This document shows, piece by piece, positions 19,936 to 30,133 of a stretch of 64,000 nucleotides of DNA. A program made the position numbers and the translations under genes. Location of the stretch: NCBI GenBank assembly GCA_016699615.1, contig CP064984.1, positions 1,806,185 to 1,870,184 on the forward strand. The letters are read 5' to 3'. Below the pieces are notes generated by a model that was given only the letters and a program-made list of their open reading frames with translations, searched no databases and had not been told where the DNA came from. The first letter of the stretch is position 1, and every line of letters begins with the position of its first letter. This stretch comes from Sphingobacteriales bacterium. GTDB taxonomy: Bacteria > Bacteroidota > Bacteroidia > Chitinophagales > JADIYW01.

Positions 19936-21342
19936 ATGAAGAAAAGAATTATATATATATTGTTTTTTACTATTACATGTAATTTATTTGCTGGAAATAG
20001 TTATTCATTGTTGAAAAAAAGCAAATGCGTTGTTTTTAGAAAAAAATACAAAGAAGCTATAGATGTTTACAAGGAAATTAATCAGAAGTACGATATAACA
20101 GAAGCACAAGTGAATTTGGCAAGATGTAATTATTTTTTACAAAATTATAGTGTAGCAGAAGATCAGTATAAAAAAATTATTGATTTCCCAAATATAAACT
20201 TGGATGTGTACAAGGAATATGCAATTATATTAGAGAAAAAAGATAAGAAAGCAGAAGCACAAATTTGGAATATCAAATACCAAGATGAAATAAAAAAACA
20301 GAAGAATTTTTATGCTAGTATTCCAAGTAAAGAAGTTGTACTTACTAAAGACCTTGCATTGATTGAAAGTAAAAAAGATACTTTGGTAGAAAATAAAGTA
20401 AAAACACCAAAGCCACCGAAAGTTGACAGCGTAAAAATTAAAAACCAAACAATAGTAGTAGATAAAAAGCCATCGAAAGAAGTTTTGGTAGAAAATAAAG
20501 TAAAAACACCAAAGCCACCGAAAGTTGATAGCGTAAAGATTAAAAACCAAACAGCACAAGTAGATAAAAAACCATCGAAAGAAGTTTTGGTGGAAAATAA
20601 AGTAAAAGCACCAAAGCCACCGAAAGTTGATAGCGTAAAAATCAAAAATCAAACAGTAATAGTAGATAAAAAGCCATCGAAAGAAGTTTTGGTAGAAAAC
20701 AAAGTAAAAGCACCAAAGCCACCGAAAGTTGACAGCTTAAAAATTAAAAATCAAACAGTAGCAGTAGATAAAAATCCATCGAAAGATGTTTTGGTGGAGA
20801 ACAAAGTAAAAGCACCAAAGCCACCGAAAGTTGATAGCGTAAAAATTAAAAATCAAACAGTAGCAGTAGACAAAAAACCATCGAAGGAAGTTTTGGTAGA
20901 GAATAAAGTAAAAGCACCAAAGCCGCCGAAAGTTGATAGCTTAAAAAATAAAAATCAAACAGTAACAGTAGATAAAAAACCATCGAAAGAAGTTTTGGTA
21001 GAGAACAAAGTAAAAGCTCCAAAGCCACCGAAAGATACATCAGTAGTAAAAAGTAAAAAAAGCAAGGTAAATGACTTAGTTTTTAAAATTAATCTAGCAA
21101 CTTTCTTAAAAGATCCGGGATTAAAATATTTTAAAGATATTTCTGGTTATGGACAAATTACTTTTATTAAGGTAGATAAAACAACAATTTATTATCTTGG
21201 CGATTTCAAAACCTACGATGAAGCGAATAAAATGATTAAAAAACTGGATGAAACTTTTTATGAGGAATCTTTCGTAGTGCCATTCTACAAAGGCAATATT
21301 ATAAGTATTGAAGAAGCAATCAATATCCAAACAAAACCATAG
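19936..21342 (+). CDS. Repeat-rich envelope protein: N-terminal TPR-like region, six to seven 34-aa repeats, C-terminal SPOR-like domain
   Basis: It has a signal peptide. The unit VLVENKVK[TA]PKPPKVDS[VL]KIKNQT..VDKKPSKE is repeated. The C-terminus (FKINLATF...YYLGDFKTYDEANKMIKKL) resembles a SPOR peptidoglycan-binding fold. Confidence 0.6.
   Translation: MKKRIIYILFFTITCNLFAGNSYSLLKKSKCVVFRKKYKEAIDVYKEINQKYDITEAQVNLARCNYFLQNYSVAEDQYKKIIDFPNINLDVYKEYAIILEKKDKKAEAQIWNIKYQDEIKKQKNFYASIPSKEVVLTKDLALIESKKDTLVENKVKTPKPPKVDSVKIKNQTIVVDKKPSKEVLVENKVKTPKPPKVDSVKIKNQTAQVDKKPSKEVLVENKVKAPKPPKVDSVKIKNQTVIVDKKPSKEVLVENKVKAPKPPKVDSLKIKNQTVAVDKNPSKDVLVENKVKAPKPPKVDSVKIKNQTVAVDKKPSKEVLVENKVKAPKPPKVDSLKNKNQTVTVDKKPSKEVLVENKVKAPKPPKDTSVVKSKKSKVNDLVFKINLATFLKDPGLKYFKDISGYGQITFIKVDKTTIYYLGDFKTYDEANKMIKKLDETFYEESFVVPFYKGNIISIEEAINIQTKP
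20383..21035 (+). repeat. 102-bp tandem repeat, about 6.4 copies, in frame inside the SPOR-protein gene
   Basis: Unit starts (TTGGTAGA...) fall at 20383, 20485, 20587, 20689, 20791, 20893 and 20995, with a few substitutions per copy. Confidence 0.9.
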
Positions 21343-21400
21343 TACGGTTAAAAATAGTTAATTTATTAATTTATTCTGATAGATAATTTATTTTTGCTTT

Positions 21401-22861
21401 GTGAACAAGAAGCTAATTACTATAACAACAATCATGTTATTCATTGGAATGATAGGTATTGCTGTGGTGCAATTTATTTGGTTACAGAAAGCAATAAAGT
21501 CAAAAGAACAAGATTTTGATAAGAATGTCTATCAAACAATGTTTGATGTATCCAAACATATAGAAGATATTCACATAGAACCATTCATGCATAGTATGTT
21601 CGGAGATGAAGATTTAGATAGACTGAGTGTCTCTAAGGAATTGATGGTAAAAAACTATGACGAAGAAGGCAATCCAATTCAGTTAGCATTATCAGATTCA
21701 TTTTCAGCAGAAAAGTTTGCCGCAATTAAAGAAAAAATAAAAGAAGCAATGCCATTGCAAATAGACAATATTCAACAAATAATGGCATCACAATTTATTA
21801 GTATTGTCCCAATTCAAAATTACTTGGATACACAAAAGTTGAGAGAGATTATCCAATTAGCGCTTTTACATCATGGCATAAAAACAGATTTTAGATTTGG
21901 ATTAACTGATATTGCACCAAATAATTTTGTACTAATTTCTAAAAACACACCATTTGTAGAACTATATAAAACAAAATATAGTATAGATTTATTTCCTCAA
22001 AGTATTGTGAAACAAAACAAAACACTAAGACTATATTTTCCAGATAAAGATAAATATATTTTCAAATCAATTTGGGTTGTAATAGCAAGTTCTATATTCT
22101 TTTTCTTTATAACAATCATTGCATTCATGTTAGCATTCAAGATTATTTTTAATCAAAAAAGATTATCAGATATGAAGAATGATTTTATAAATAATATGAC
22201 ACATGAGTTAAAAACACCAATTGCTACAATTTCCATTGCCAGCGAAATGTTGCGAGATAATAGTATATCATCATTGTCAGAAAATAGAAACAAATACGCC
22301 AATATTATTTTTGATGAAAATAAAAGACTAGCCAACCATGTTGAAAAAGTATTGCAAATAGCAAGACTAGAAAAAGGCGAACTAGAACTTAATAAAGATT
22401 ACAGAAGTGTACATGAAATAATAGACGCCGCAAGCAAACGTTTTCAATTGCAATTAAACGAATTAGAAGGAGAGATTGAACTTAGTCTAAATGCCAAAAA
22501 TGACATATTAGAAGTAGATGAATTGCATTTCTCCAATATGATAAATAATTTGATTGATAATGCCATTAAATACAACGACAAAAAGCCATTAATAAAAATT
22601 AACACTTCAAACTACAATTCAGGCATACAAATTGAAGTAACAGATAATGGAATAGGACTTAGTAAAGAAAATCAAAATAAAATATTTGATAAATTTTACA
22701 GAGTTGCCAAAGGAAATGTACACGATGTCAAAGGATTTGGATTAGGCTTAAGCTACGTACTATCAATTGTAAAAGCACATCATGGAAAAATTTCCGTAGA
22801 AAGTAAATTAAAAGAAGGAACAAAATTTATTATACAAATACCAACAAATCAAACAGAATAA
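21401..22861 (+). CDS. Sensor histidine kinase (HisKA + HATPase_c)
   Basis: The H-box is NMTHELKTPIATI. The N box is NLIDNAIKY and the G boxes are DNGIGL and GFGLGLS. There are two TM segments. Confidence 0.85.
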   Translation: MNKKLITITTIMLFIGMIGIAVVQFIWLQKAIKSKEQDFDKNVYQTMFDVSKHIEDIHIEPFMHSMFGDEDLDRLSVSKELMVKNYDEEGNPIQLALSDSFSAEKFAAIKEKIKEAMPLQIDNIQQIMASQFISIVPIQNYLDTQKLREIIQLALLHHGIKTDFRFGLTDIAPNNFVLISKNTPFVELYKTKYSIDLFPQSIVKQNKTLRLYFPDKDKYIFKSIWVVIASSIFFFFITIIAFMLAFKIIFNQKRLSDMKNDFINNMTHELKTPIATISIASEMLRDNSISSLSENRNKYANIIFDENKRLANHVEKVLQIARLEKGELELNKDYRSVHEIIDAASKRFQLQLNELEGEIELSLNAKNDILEVDELHFSNMINNLIDNAIKYNDKKPLIKINTSNYNSGIQIEVTDNGIGLSKENQNKIFDKFYRVAKGNVHDVKGFGLGLSYVLSIVKAHHGKISVESKLKEGTKFIIQIPTNQTE

Positions 22862-22862
22862 T

Positions 22863-23552
22863 ATGCAAAAGAAAGTTTTATTAGTAGAAGATGACCCAAA
22901 TTTAGGCGCATTACTACAAGAATACCTTAAACACAAAGACTTTTTAGTAGAGCTAAAGAGAGATGGCGCAGAAGGCTTATTAGCCTACAGAAAAGGCAAA
23001 TTCGATATTATATTATTAGATGTAATGATGCCAAAAAAAGACGGCTTTGAAGTAGCTGAAGAAATTAGAAAAGACAATCAAGAAGTTCCAATTATATTTC
23101 TTACAGCAAAATCTTTAAAAGAAGATAAAATTAAAGGACTAACAATTGGCGCTGATGACTATATCACCAAACCATTTTCTATGGAAGTTTTAGAATTAAA
23201 AATGAATGCAATTCTAAGAAGAACAGAGAAAAAAGAAATTAAGCCAACACAAGACACTTATGAAGTAGGCAAAACAACACTTGATTATAAAAACCACAAA
23301 TTAATAATCAATAATAAAGAAACTAAGCTTACAACAAAAGAAGCTGAACTTTTAAGATTATTCTTTGAAAGAAAAAACGAATTGTTAGAAAGAGAATTAG
23401 CATTAAGACACGTATGGCAAGATGATAGCTACTTCACAGCAAGAAGCATGGATGTATTTATCTCAAAAATTAGAAAATATCTAAAAGAAGATGAATCATT
23501 GCAAATTCTAAACATTCACGGTCAAGGATACAAGCTATTAGAAAATAATTAA
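22863..23552 (+). CDS. OmpR/PhoB-family response regulator
   Basis: The receiver domain has VLLVEDD and ILLDVMMPKKDG motifs. A winged-helix C-terminus is present (..RSMDVFISKIRKYL..). Confidence 0.85.
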   Translation: MQKKVLLVEDDPNLGALLQEYLKHKDFLVELKRDGAEGLLAYRKGKFDIILLDVMMPKKDGFEVAEEIRKDNQEVPIIFLTAKSLKEDKIKGLTIGADDYITKPFSMEVLELKMNAILRRTEKKEIKPTQDTYEVGKTTLDYKNHKLIINNKETKLTTKEAELLRLFFERKNELLERELALRHVWQDDSYFTARSMDVFISKIRKYLKEDESLQILNIHGQGYKLLENN

Positions 23553-23577
23553 TTATTCATATAAAAAGTTTTTACAT

Positions 23578-23606
23578 AGCCTGTTGTTATTCAACAGGCT
23601 TTTTTA
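23578..23606 (+). terminator. Rho-independent terminator after the response regulator gene
   Basis: The structure is AGCCTGTTG-ttatt-CAACAGGCT followed by TTTTT. Confidence 0.7.
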
Positions 23607-23670
23607 TTCTAGTGCAATATACTTAAACATAATATATTGATTACGAATTAAACATATCTAAGTTTTTTCG

Positions 23671-23678
23671 TATTTTTG
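23671..23678 (+). promoter_or_regulatory. Candidate -7 box (TATTTTTG) for ileS
   Basis: It matches TAnnTTTG and lies 35 nt upstream of the ileS ATG. Confidence 0.35.
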
Positions 23679-23712
23679 CACCAAATTTTTCAAACACAAC
23701 CAAGCTGAAACC

Positions 23713-26700
23713 ATGGCAACATCGACGCAAAACACATACAAAGAATACAAGCAATTTAATCTAACTGAAATTGAAAAAGAAGTTGCAGAATTTTGGAAAT
23801 CAAAAGATATTTTTAAAAAAAGTATAGAGCAAAGAGTAGATTGCCCAAATTATGTCTTTTACGAAGGACCACCAAGCGCAAACGGAATGCCAGGCATACA
23901 CCATGTTATGGCACGTACAATTAAAGATATCTTTTGTAGATTCAAAACAATTCAAGGATACAAAGTTGAGCGAAAAGCAGGCTGGGACACACACGGACTA
24001 CCAATAGAATTACAAGTAGAAAAAACTCTAGGTATAACAAAAAAAGATATAGGCACTAAAATATCAGTTGAAGACTACAACAAAGAATGCCGAAGAGAAG
24101 TCATGAAGTTCAAAGATAAATGGGATGAACTGACTGAAAAAGTAGGCTATTGGGTAGATTTAGAACATCCATACATCACATACGAAAACAATTATATTCA
24201 ATCAGTTTGGTGGTTGTTATCAGAGTTGTATAAAAAAAATCTATTATACAAAGGCTTAAAAATCCAACCATATTCACCAGCAGCAGGCACAGGATTAAGC
24301 TCACACGAACTCAACCAACCAGGATGTTATAGAGAAGTAAAAGACATTACAGTTATTGCTCAATTCAATATCATTCAAAATGAGCAATCAATGTTTCTGT
24401 TTGAGACCAATAATAATAATACATATTTCTTAGCATGGACAACCACACCTTGGACATTGCCATCAAATACAGCATTAGCCGTAGGAAAAAATATAGATTA
24501 TGTGTTAATAAAAACAATTAATCCATACACACACCTAGAAGTCAATCTAATATTGGCAAAAAATCTACTGAATAAATATTTTTCAAAAGATGATGAGAAT
24601 AAGGCATTTTCAGAATATCAAAATGATGGGAAAAATTTGCCATTTCAAGTTGTAAAAGAATTCAAAGGAGAACAATTAGCAGGAATTAGCTACAACCAAC
24701 TATTACCATTCGAAGCAAATAGTAAAGACAAAATCAGTGGCGATGCATTTAAAGTAATAACAGGCGATTTTGTTACCACAGAAGACGGAACAGGCATCGT
24801 ACACATTGCACCAAGCTTTGGAGCAGATGACATGAAAGTTGCCAACGAAAATGGAATTGGTGGATTGACATTAGTAGATAAAGAAGGAAAATTTGTAGCT
24901 GGTGTTGGCGAATTTTCTGGCAGATATGTAAAAGACTATAAAGATGAGCCAAATTACGTATCAGTAGATATTGATATAAGCATAAAACTAAAAAAAGAAA
25001 ACAAAGCATTCAAAGTAGAAAAATACGAGCACAGCTATCCACATTGCTGGCGTACAGACAAGCCAGTTATCTATTATCCATTAGATTCTTGGTTTATCAA
25101 AGTTACAGCAGTAAAAGAAAGATTAGTAGAACTAAATAAAACAATCAATTGGAAACCAGAAAGCACAGGAACAGGTAGATTCGGGCAATGGTTAGAAAAT
25201 TTAGTAGATTGGAATTTATCTAGAACAAGATTTTGGGGCACACCATTAAATATTTGGAGAACAGAAGATGGCACAGAAGAATTATGTATATCAAGCATTG
25301 ATGAATTAAAATCAGCAATCAATACATCAATTGAAAAAGGATATTTAGATAAATCATTTTTAGACAAAGAAATAGATTTACATAAGCCATATGTAGATGA
25401 AATTATTTTAGTAGCACCATCAGGACAAAAAATGTTTAGAGAACCAGATTTAATAGATGTTTGGTTCGATTCTGGCGCTATGCCTTACGCACAATTGGGT
25501 TATCCATTCAACAACAAAGAGCAATTAAAAGATAATTTTCCAGCAGATTTTATAGCAGAAGGTGTAGATCAAACACGTGGTTGGTTTTATACATTACACG
25601 CAATAGCAACAATGTTGTTTGATAGTGTTGCATTCAAAAATGTAGTTTCCAATGGTTTGGTTTTAGACAAAAATGGAAACAAAATGTCTAAGCGTTTAGG
25701 CAATGCAATTGATCCATTTGAAACTATCGCAAAACATGGAGCAGATGCAGTTCGTTGGTACATGGTAAGCAATGGACAACCGTGGGATAATCTAAAATTT
25801 GATATGGATGGTGTAGTAGAAACGCAACGTAAATTATTTTCTACACTATATAATACCTATAATTTCTTCGCTATCTATGCAAATATTGATCAGTTTTCAT
25901 ACAATCCATCACAACAAATTCAAGTTTCTGAAAGAGCAGAAATAGACAAATGGATAATTTCAAAACTAAATTCATTAGTAAGCAGCACTACAGCATCATT
26001 AAATGATTATGAGCCAGCAAAAGCAGCAAGAGCAATAGAAGAATTTGTTATTGATGATTTGTCAAATTGGTATGTGCGTTTGTGTAGAAGAAGATTTTGG
26101 GATACAGAAGAATCCTTAGACAAGAAAGCAGCGTTCCAAACACTATTTGAGTGCTTAGAAAAAATATCCATATTGATGTCGCCAATTGCACCATTTTTTG
26201 CAGATTGGTTGTATGCCAACTTAAATCAAGACAAGCAAAAAGAATCTGTGCATTTAGAATTTATTTCAGCTGTTGATACAAAAAACATAAACGCAGATTT
26301 AGAACAAAGAATGGAATATGCTAAAAATATTTCATCATTAATTTTGTCACTTAGAAAAAAGACAAAAATAAAAGTAAGACAACCACTTCAAAAAATACTG
26401 ATACCAATAATTGATAAACAATTAATTGAGCAAATTAATCTAGTAAAAGATTTGATTTTGTCTGAGGTTAATGTGAAAGAAATTGAATACATAAGCGATA
26501 CTTCAGGAATTATATCTAAAAAAGCAAAGCCAAATTTCAAATTATTAGGTAAAAAATTAGGTGGAAATATGAAGTTTGCTACTGATGTAATTCAACAATT
26601 TAATGCTGAACAAATAAAAGAATTAGAAGAGAACGGACGCATAGCAATACAAGTACAAGGCACAGAATATGAAATTTTGGCAGATGAAGTAGAAATAATT

Positions 26701-27045
26701 TCTGATGATATACAAGGTTGGTTGGTTGCCAGCGAAAAAAATATCACAGTAGCATTAGATATTCATATTTCAGAGGAACTAAAATCAGAAGGATTTGCTA
26801 GAGAAATCATCAATAAAGTACAAAATGAGCGAAAAGAACAGAATTTCAACGTTGCAGATAAAATAACCATAAATGTGCAAAACCATTTGGTTCTCAACGA
26901 TGTATTTCATCAGTTTAAAGATTATATTTGCAACGAAACTTTATGTAATGGCATCTATTTTGTAGAAGATATTAATAAAGGCAAAATATTTGATATTAAC
27001 GGTGAGGAATTATTTATGGAAATTCAAAAAGTAACAAATGGCTAA
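23713..27045 (+). CDS. ileS: Isoleucine--tRNA ligase (long, type 2 form)
   Basis: Size is 1110 aa. The HIGH-type motif is PSANGMPGIHH and the KMSKS motif is NKMSKRLGN. Confidence 0.95.
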   Translation: MATSTQNTYKEYKQFNLTEIEKEVAEFWKSKDIFKKSIEQRVDCPNYVFYEGPPSANGMPGIHHVMARTIKDIFCRFKTIQGYKVERKAGWDTHGLPIELQVEKTLGITKKDIGTKISVEDYNKECRREVMKFKDKWDELTEKVGYWVDLEHPYITYENNYIQSVWWLLSELYKKNLLYKGLKIQPYSPAAGTGLSSHELNQPGCYREVKDITVIAQFNIIQNEQSMFLFETNNNNTYFLAWTTTPWTLPSNTALAVGKNIDYVLIKTINPYTHLEVNLILAKNLLNKYFSKDDENKAFSEYQNDGKNLPFQVVKEFKGEQLAGISYNQLLPFEANSKDKISGDAFKVITGDFVTTEDGTGIVHIAPSFGADDMKVANENGIGGLTLVDKEGKFVAGVGEFSGRYVKDYKDEPNYVSVDIDISIKLKKENKAFKVEKYEHSYPHCWRTDKPVIYYPLDSWFIKVTAVKERLVELNKTINWKPESTGTGRFGQWLENLVDWNLSRTRFWGTPLNIWRTEDGTEELCISSIDELKSAINTSIEKGYLDKSFLDKEIDLHKPYVDEIILVAPSGQKMFREPDLIDVWFDSGAMPYAQLGYPFNNKEQLKDNFPADFIAEGVDQTRGWFYTLHAIATMLFDSVAFKNVVSNGLVLDKNGNKMSKRLGNAIDPFETIAKHGADAVRWYMVSNGQPWDNLKFDMDGVVETQRKLFSTLYNTYNFFAIYANIDQFSYNPSQQIQVSERAEIDKWIISKLNSLVSSTTASLNDYEPAKAARAIEEFVIDDLSNWYVRLCRRRFWDTEESLDKKAAFQTLFECLEKISILMSPIAPFFADWLYANLNQDKQKESVHLEFISAVDTKNINADLEQRMEYAKNISSLILSLRKKTKIKVRQPLQKILIPIIDKQLIEQINLVKDLILSEVNVKEIEYISDTSGIISKKAKPNFKLLGKKLGGNMKFATDVIQQFNAEQIKELEENGRIAIQVQGTEYEILADEVEIISDDIQGWLVASEKNITVALDIHISEELKSEGFAREIINKVQNERKEQNFNVADKITINVQNHLVLNDVFHQFKDYICNETLCNGIYFVEDINKGKIFDINGEELFMEIQKVTNG

Positions 27046-28039
27046 AACTATAAAAACAAATAAAAAAGTAGTTGCAACAAAAAAAACAGCAACGAAAACT
27101 GCTCCTGCTAAAAAATCGGCTACTAAAACTGTAGCTAAAGTAATGCCAGCAAAGAAAGCAGCTACAAAAGCTGTAGCTAAAACAACGCCAGCTAAAAAAG
27201 TAGCAACAAAAACTATAGCAAAAGCAACACCAGCTAAAAAGGCAGCTACAAAAACTATAGCAAAAGCGACGCCAGCTAAAAAGGCAGCTACAAAAACTAT
27301 AGCAAAAGCAACGCCAGCGAAGAAAGTAGCTACAAAAACTGTAGCAAAAGCAACGCCAACCAAAAAAGCAGCAACAAAAACTGTAGCAAAAGCAACGCCA
27401 GCTAAAAAAGTAGCAGCAAAAACTGTAGCAAAAGCAACGCCAACTAAAAAAGCAGCAGCAAAAACTGTAGTAAAAGCAACGCCAACCAAAAATGCAGCAA
27501 CAAAAACTGTAGCAAAAGCAACGCCAGCTAAAAAAACAAATACAGGAAAGAAAGGACAACAGAAATTGAGTGTGAAGGAGATTTCTAAAACAAAATTGCA
27601 TGTTGGTACGCAACATCTTCCAAGCTATACAAACGAAACATATACACACAAAGAGTTAAAACCATTAACCAAAGAACAAAAAACAATTGTTAGATATAGT
27701 GATGCTGAGCTTGAAGAGTTTAAAACATTAATTAATGAAAAACTAAGAAAAGCAAAAGAAGAAGTTGATTACTATATAGCACAAATAAGAAGCTCAGCAG
27801 AAAGCGAAACTAAATTTTCAAGTATGGATGATGGTTCGTACACAACAGAAAGAGAATCAATAAACCAAACAATTGGAAGACAACAAAAACTGATTGTGCA
27901 TCTAGAGAATGCCTTGGCTAGAATTGAAAATAAAACGTATGGTATTTGTAGAGAAACAGGATTGCTAATACCAAAAGATAGACTTAGAGCTGTGCCACAT
28001 GCTACACTAAGTGTAGAAGGAAAGAAAAGACAAAAATAA
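27038..28039 (+). CDS. DksA/TraR-family protein with a ~170-aa N-terminal K/A/T-rich histone-H1-like repeat extension
   Basis: The C-terminus ..IENKTYGICRETGLLIPKDRLRAVPHATLSVEGKK is DksA/TraR-like. The N-terminus is about 10 copies of a 14-aa unit (ATKT[IV]AKATPAKKA). The gene overlaps the ileS stop by 8 nt. Confidence 0.7.
   Translation: MAKTIKTNKKVVATKKTATKTAPAKKSATKTVAKVMPAKKAATKAVAKTTPAKKVATKTIAKATPAKKAATKTIAKATPAKKAATKTIAKATPAKKVATKTVAKATPTKKAATKTVAKATPAKKVAAKTVAKATPTKKAAAKTVVKATPTKNAATKTVAKATPAKKTNTGKKGQQKLSVKEISKTKLHVGTQHLPSYTNETYTHKELKPLTKEQKTIVRYSDAELEEFKTLINEKLRKAKEEVDYYIAQIRSSAESETKFSSMDDGSYTTERESINQTIGRQQKLIVHLENALARIENKTYGICRETGLLIPKDRLRAVPHATLSVEGKKRQK
27095..27540 (+). repeat. 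42-bp in-frame tandem repeat, about 10 copies, encoding the K/A-rich unit
   Basis: Units such as GCTACAAAAACTATAGCAAAAGCGACGCCAGCTAAAAAGGCA recur with few substitutions. Confidence 0.85.
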
Positions 28040-28151
28040 TATTGCATTATTTTATAAATAATTATCTTAGCGCACTTTTGTGTGAATTGTTTTCTATTTA
28101 ATTAAGTAATTCAATTCATATTATATTTCAGAACTAATATGCTCAAGGTAC

Positions 28152-30121
28152 ATGGCAAATAATAATAAATTACACTCATTATCTACAGCAGGTGTATTGA
28201 TTACACTTGGAATTGTATTCGGAGATATAGGTACTTCACCAATTTATGTGCTCAAAGCAATAATGGGAATGGCAATCTCAGGAAACCATAAAGTTACAGA
28301 AGATTTAGTACTAGGTGGCGTTTCATGTGTCTTTTGGACATTAACCATCGTTACCTCATTCAAATATGTATATCTAGCATTAAATGCAGATAACAAAGGT
28401 GAAGGTGGAGTTTTGCATTGTATGCATTGGTTAGAAGATATAAAGCAAAATGGACTATCATTCCAGCACTTGTTGGATGTGCAGCACTAATGGCAGACGG
28501 ATTTATTACACCACCAATTTCAATTTCATCAGCAGTAGAAGGTCTTACTATTTTATATCCAAAACTGACTACAAATGATATTGTTGGAATTGTATTAATC
28601 ATTATTACAATAATATTTTTATTACAACAATTTGGAACCAACTTAGTAGGTAAATTATTTGGACCAATTACACTTATTTGGTTTATTATGATTGGAATAT
28701 TAGGTGGTATGCAAATTATAGCAATGCCTTCAATCATTAAAGCGTTAAATCCAATGTACGCTTTCAATTTAATTTTTCATTACGATGGTGGATTTTGGTT
28801 TTTAGGCGCCGTATTTTTATGTACCACAGGAGCAGAAGCTTTATATTCAGATTTAGGTCATTGTGGTAAACAAAATATCAGAGTAAGTTGGGGCTTTGTA
28901 AAAGTTTGTTTAATATTAAATTATCTTGGTCAAGCTGCTTTCGTATTAGAACATAATAATGGTGGATATAATTGGGAAGAAACTGCTCCATTTTATGCAA
29001 TAATGCCACGTTCATTTTTACCAATAGGCATTGCAATTGCAACTGCAGCAACAATTATAGCATCGCAAGCATTAATTTCTGGCGCATTTACTCTAGTAAA
29101 TGAAGCTATGAAACTAAAATTGTGGCCAAATATGAAAGTAATTTATCCAACAGAGCAACAAGGACAAATATATATTCCATCTATCAATTGGTTATTGTTT
29201 TTTGGATGTATAGCAGTTGTACTTATTTTTAAAGAATCAGGAAAAATGGAAGCTGCATATGGTTTGGCAATTACACTAAATATGTTGATGACTACAGCTT
29301 TACTTACCTATTATTTGTATATAAAAAGAAAGCCAAGTGTACTTGTATGGAGCTTCCTTATTTTATTTCTTTTGATAGAAGGTTCTTTCTTTGCATCAAG
29401 TTTATTGAAATTTACACACGGTGGTTGGTTTACATTTATTATTGCAGTGTTTATTTTTATGGCAATGTATTTCTTTAATGAAGGCAAAAAATTAAGAAAA
29501 AAACATATAGAATTTGTTGAGATTAATGATTTCTTAGATGATATTAAAGATTTACAAGCAGATACTTCGATACCAAAAGAAGCAACTAACTTAGTTTATT
29601 TGGCGAATGCAAACGATAAAAAACACGTAGACTCAAATATCATTTATTCTATCTTTAGAAAAAAACCTAAACGCGCAGATACTTATTGGTTTGTGCATGT
29701 AGATATTACAAACGAACCTTATGGTGGAACTTATAGCGTAGATACCATTATTCCAAAAAAATGTTTCTTTGTAAGATTGAAGTTTGGTTTCAAAGTAGAA
29801 CACAAGGTGCATGTAATGTTTATGCAAATAGTGGAGGAAATGGGCAAACGTGGAGAAATTGATTTATTGAGTCATTATCCATCATTGCGTAAACATGGTT
29901 ATCCAGCAGATTTTAAATTTGTATTGATAAATTCAAGTATTTCTGCAGACAACGAACTAAAAGGATGGAATCAATTAGCTATTAAAGCATATACAACTAT
30001 CAAATCTTTAAGCTTACCAACAGAAGTAGATTTTGGTTTGGAAAGAACAAACGTAAGAGTTGAAAATGTGCCTATCAATATCTCAAACAAAGCAGCAATA
30101 CACTTAGATAGAATAGATTAA
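28152..30121 (+). pseudogene. kup: Kup/HAK/KT potassium uptake protein, split by a 1-nt frameshift
   Basis: Frame 1 reads ..GDIGTSPIYVLK...ADNKGEGG. The sequence then continues in another frame as ALYALVRRYKAKW...ITPPISISSAVEGL. The shift maps to the T-run at 28411-28414 (GGAGTTTTGCA, where one more T restores the frame). Confidence 0.8.
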
Positions 30122-30133
30122 TTGTAAATGCAA

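Noticed and set aside
20230-21040. Minus-strand ORFs 20230..20652, 20310..20645 and 20846..21040
   Set aside because: They are antisense readings of the 102-bp tandem repeat in the SPOR-protein gene. No independent support exists.
27010-27649. Minus-strand ORFs 27010..27489 and 27014..27649 (VAFA- and CFC-rich repeat proteins)
   Set aside because: They are antisense to the 42-bp K/A-rich repeat of the DksA-like gene. Their open frames are a by-product of the repeat composition.
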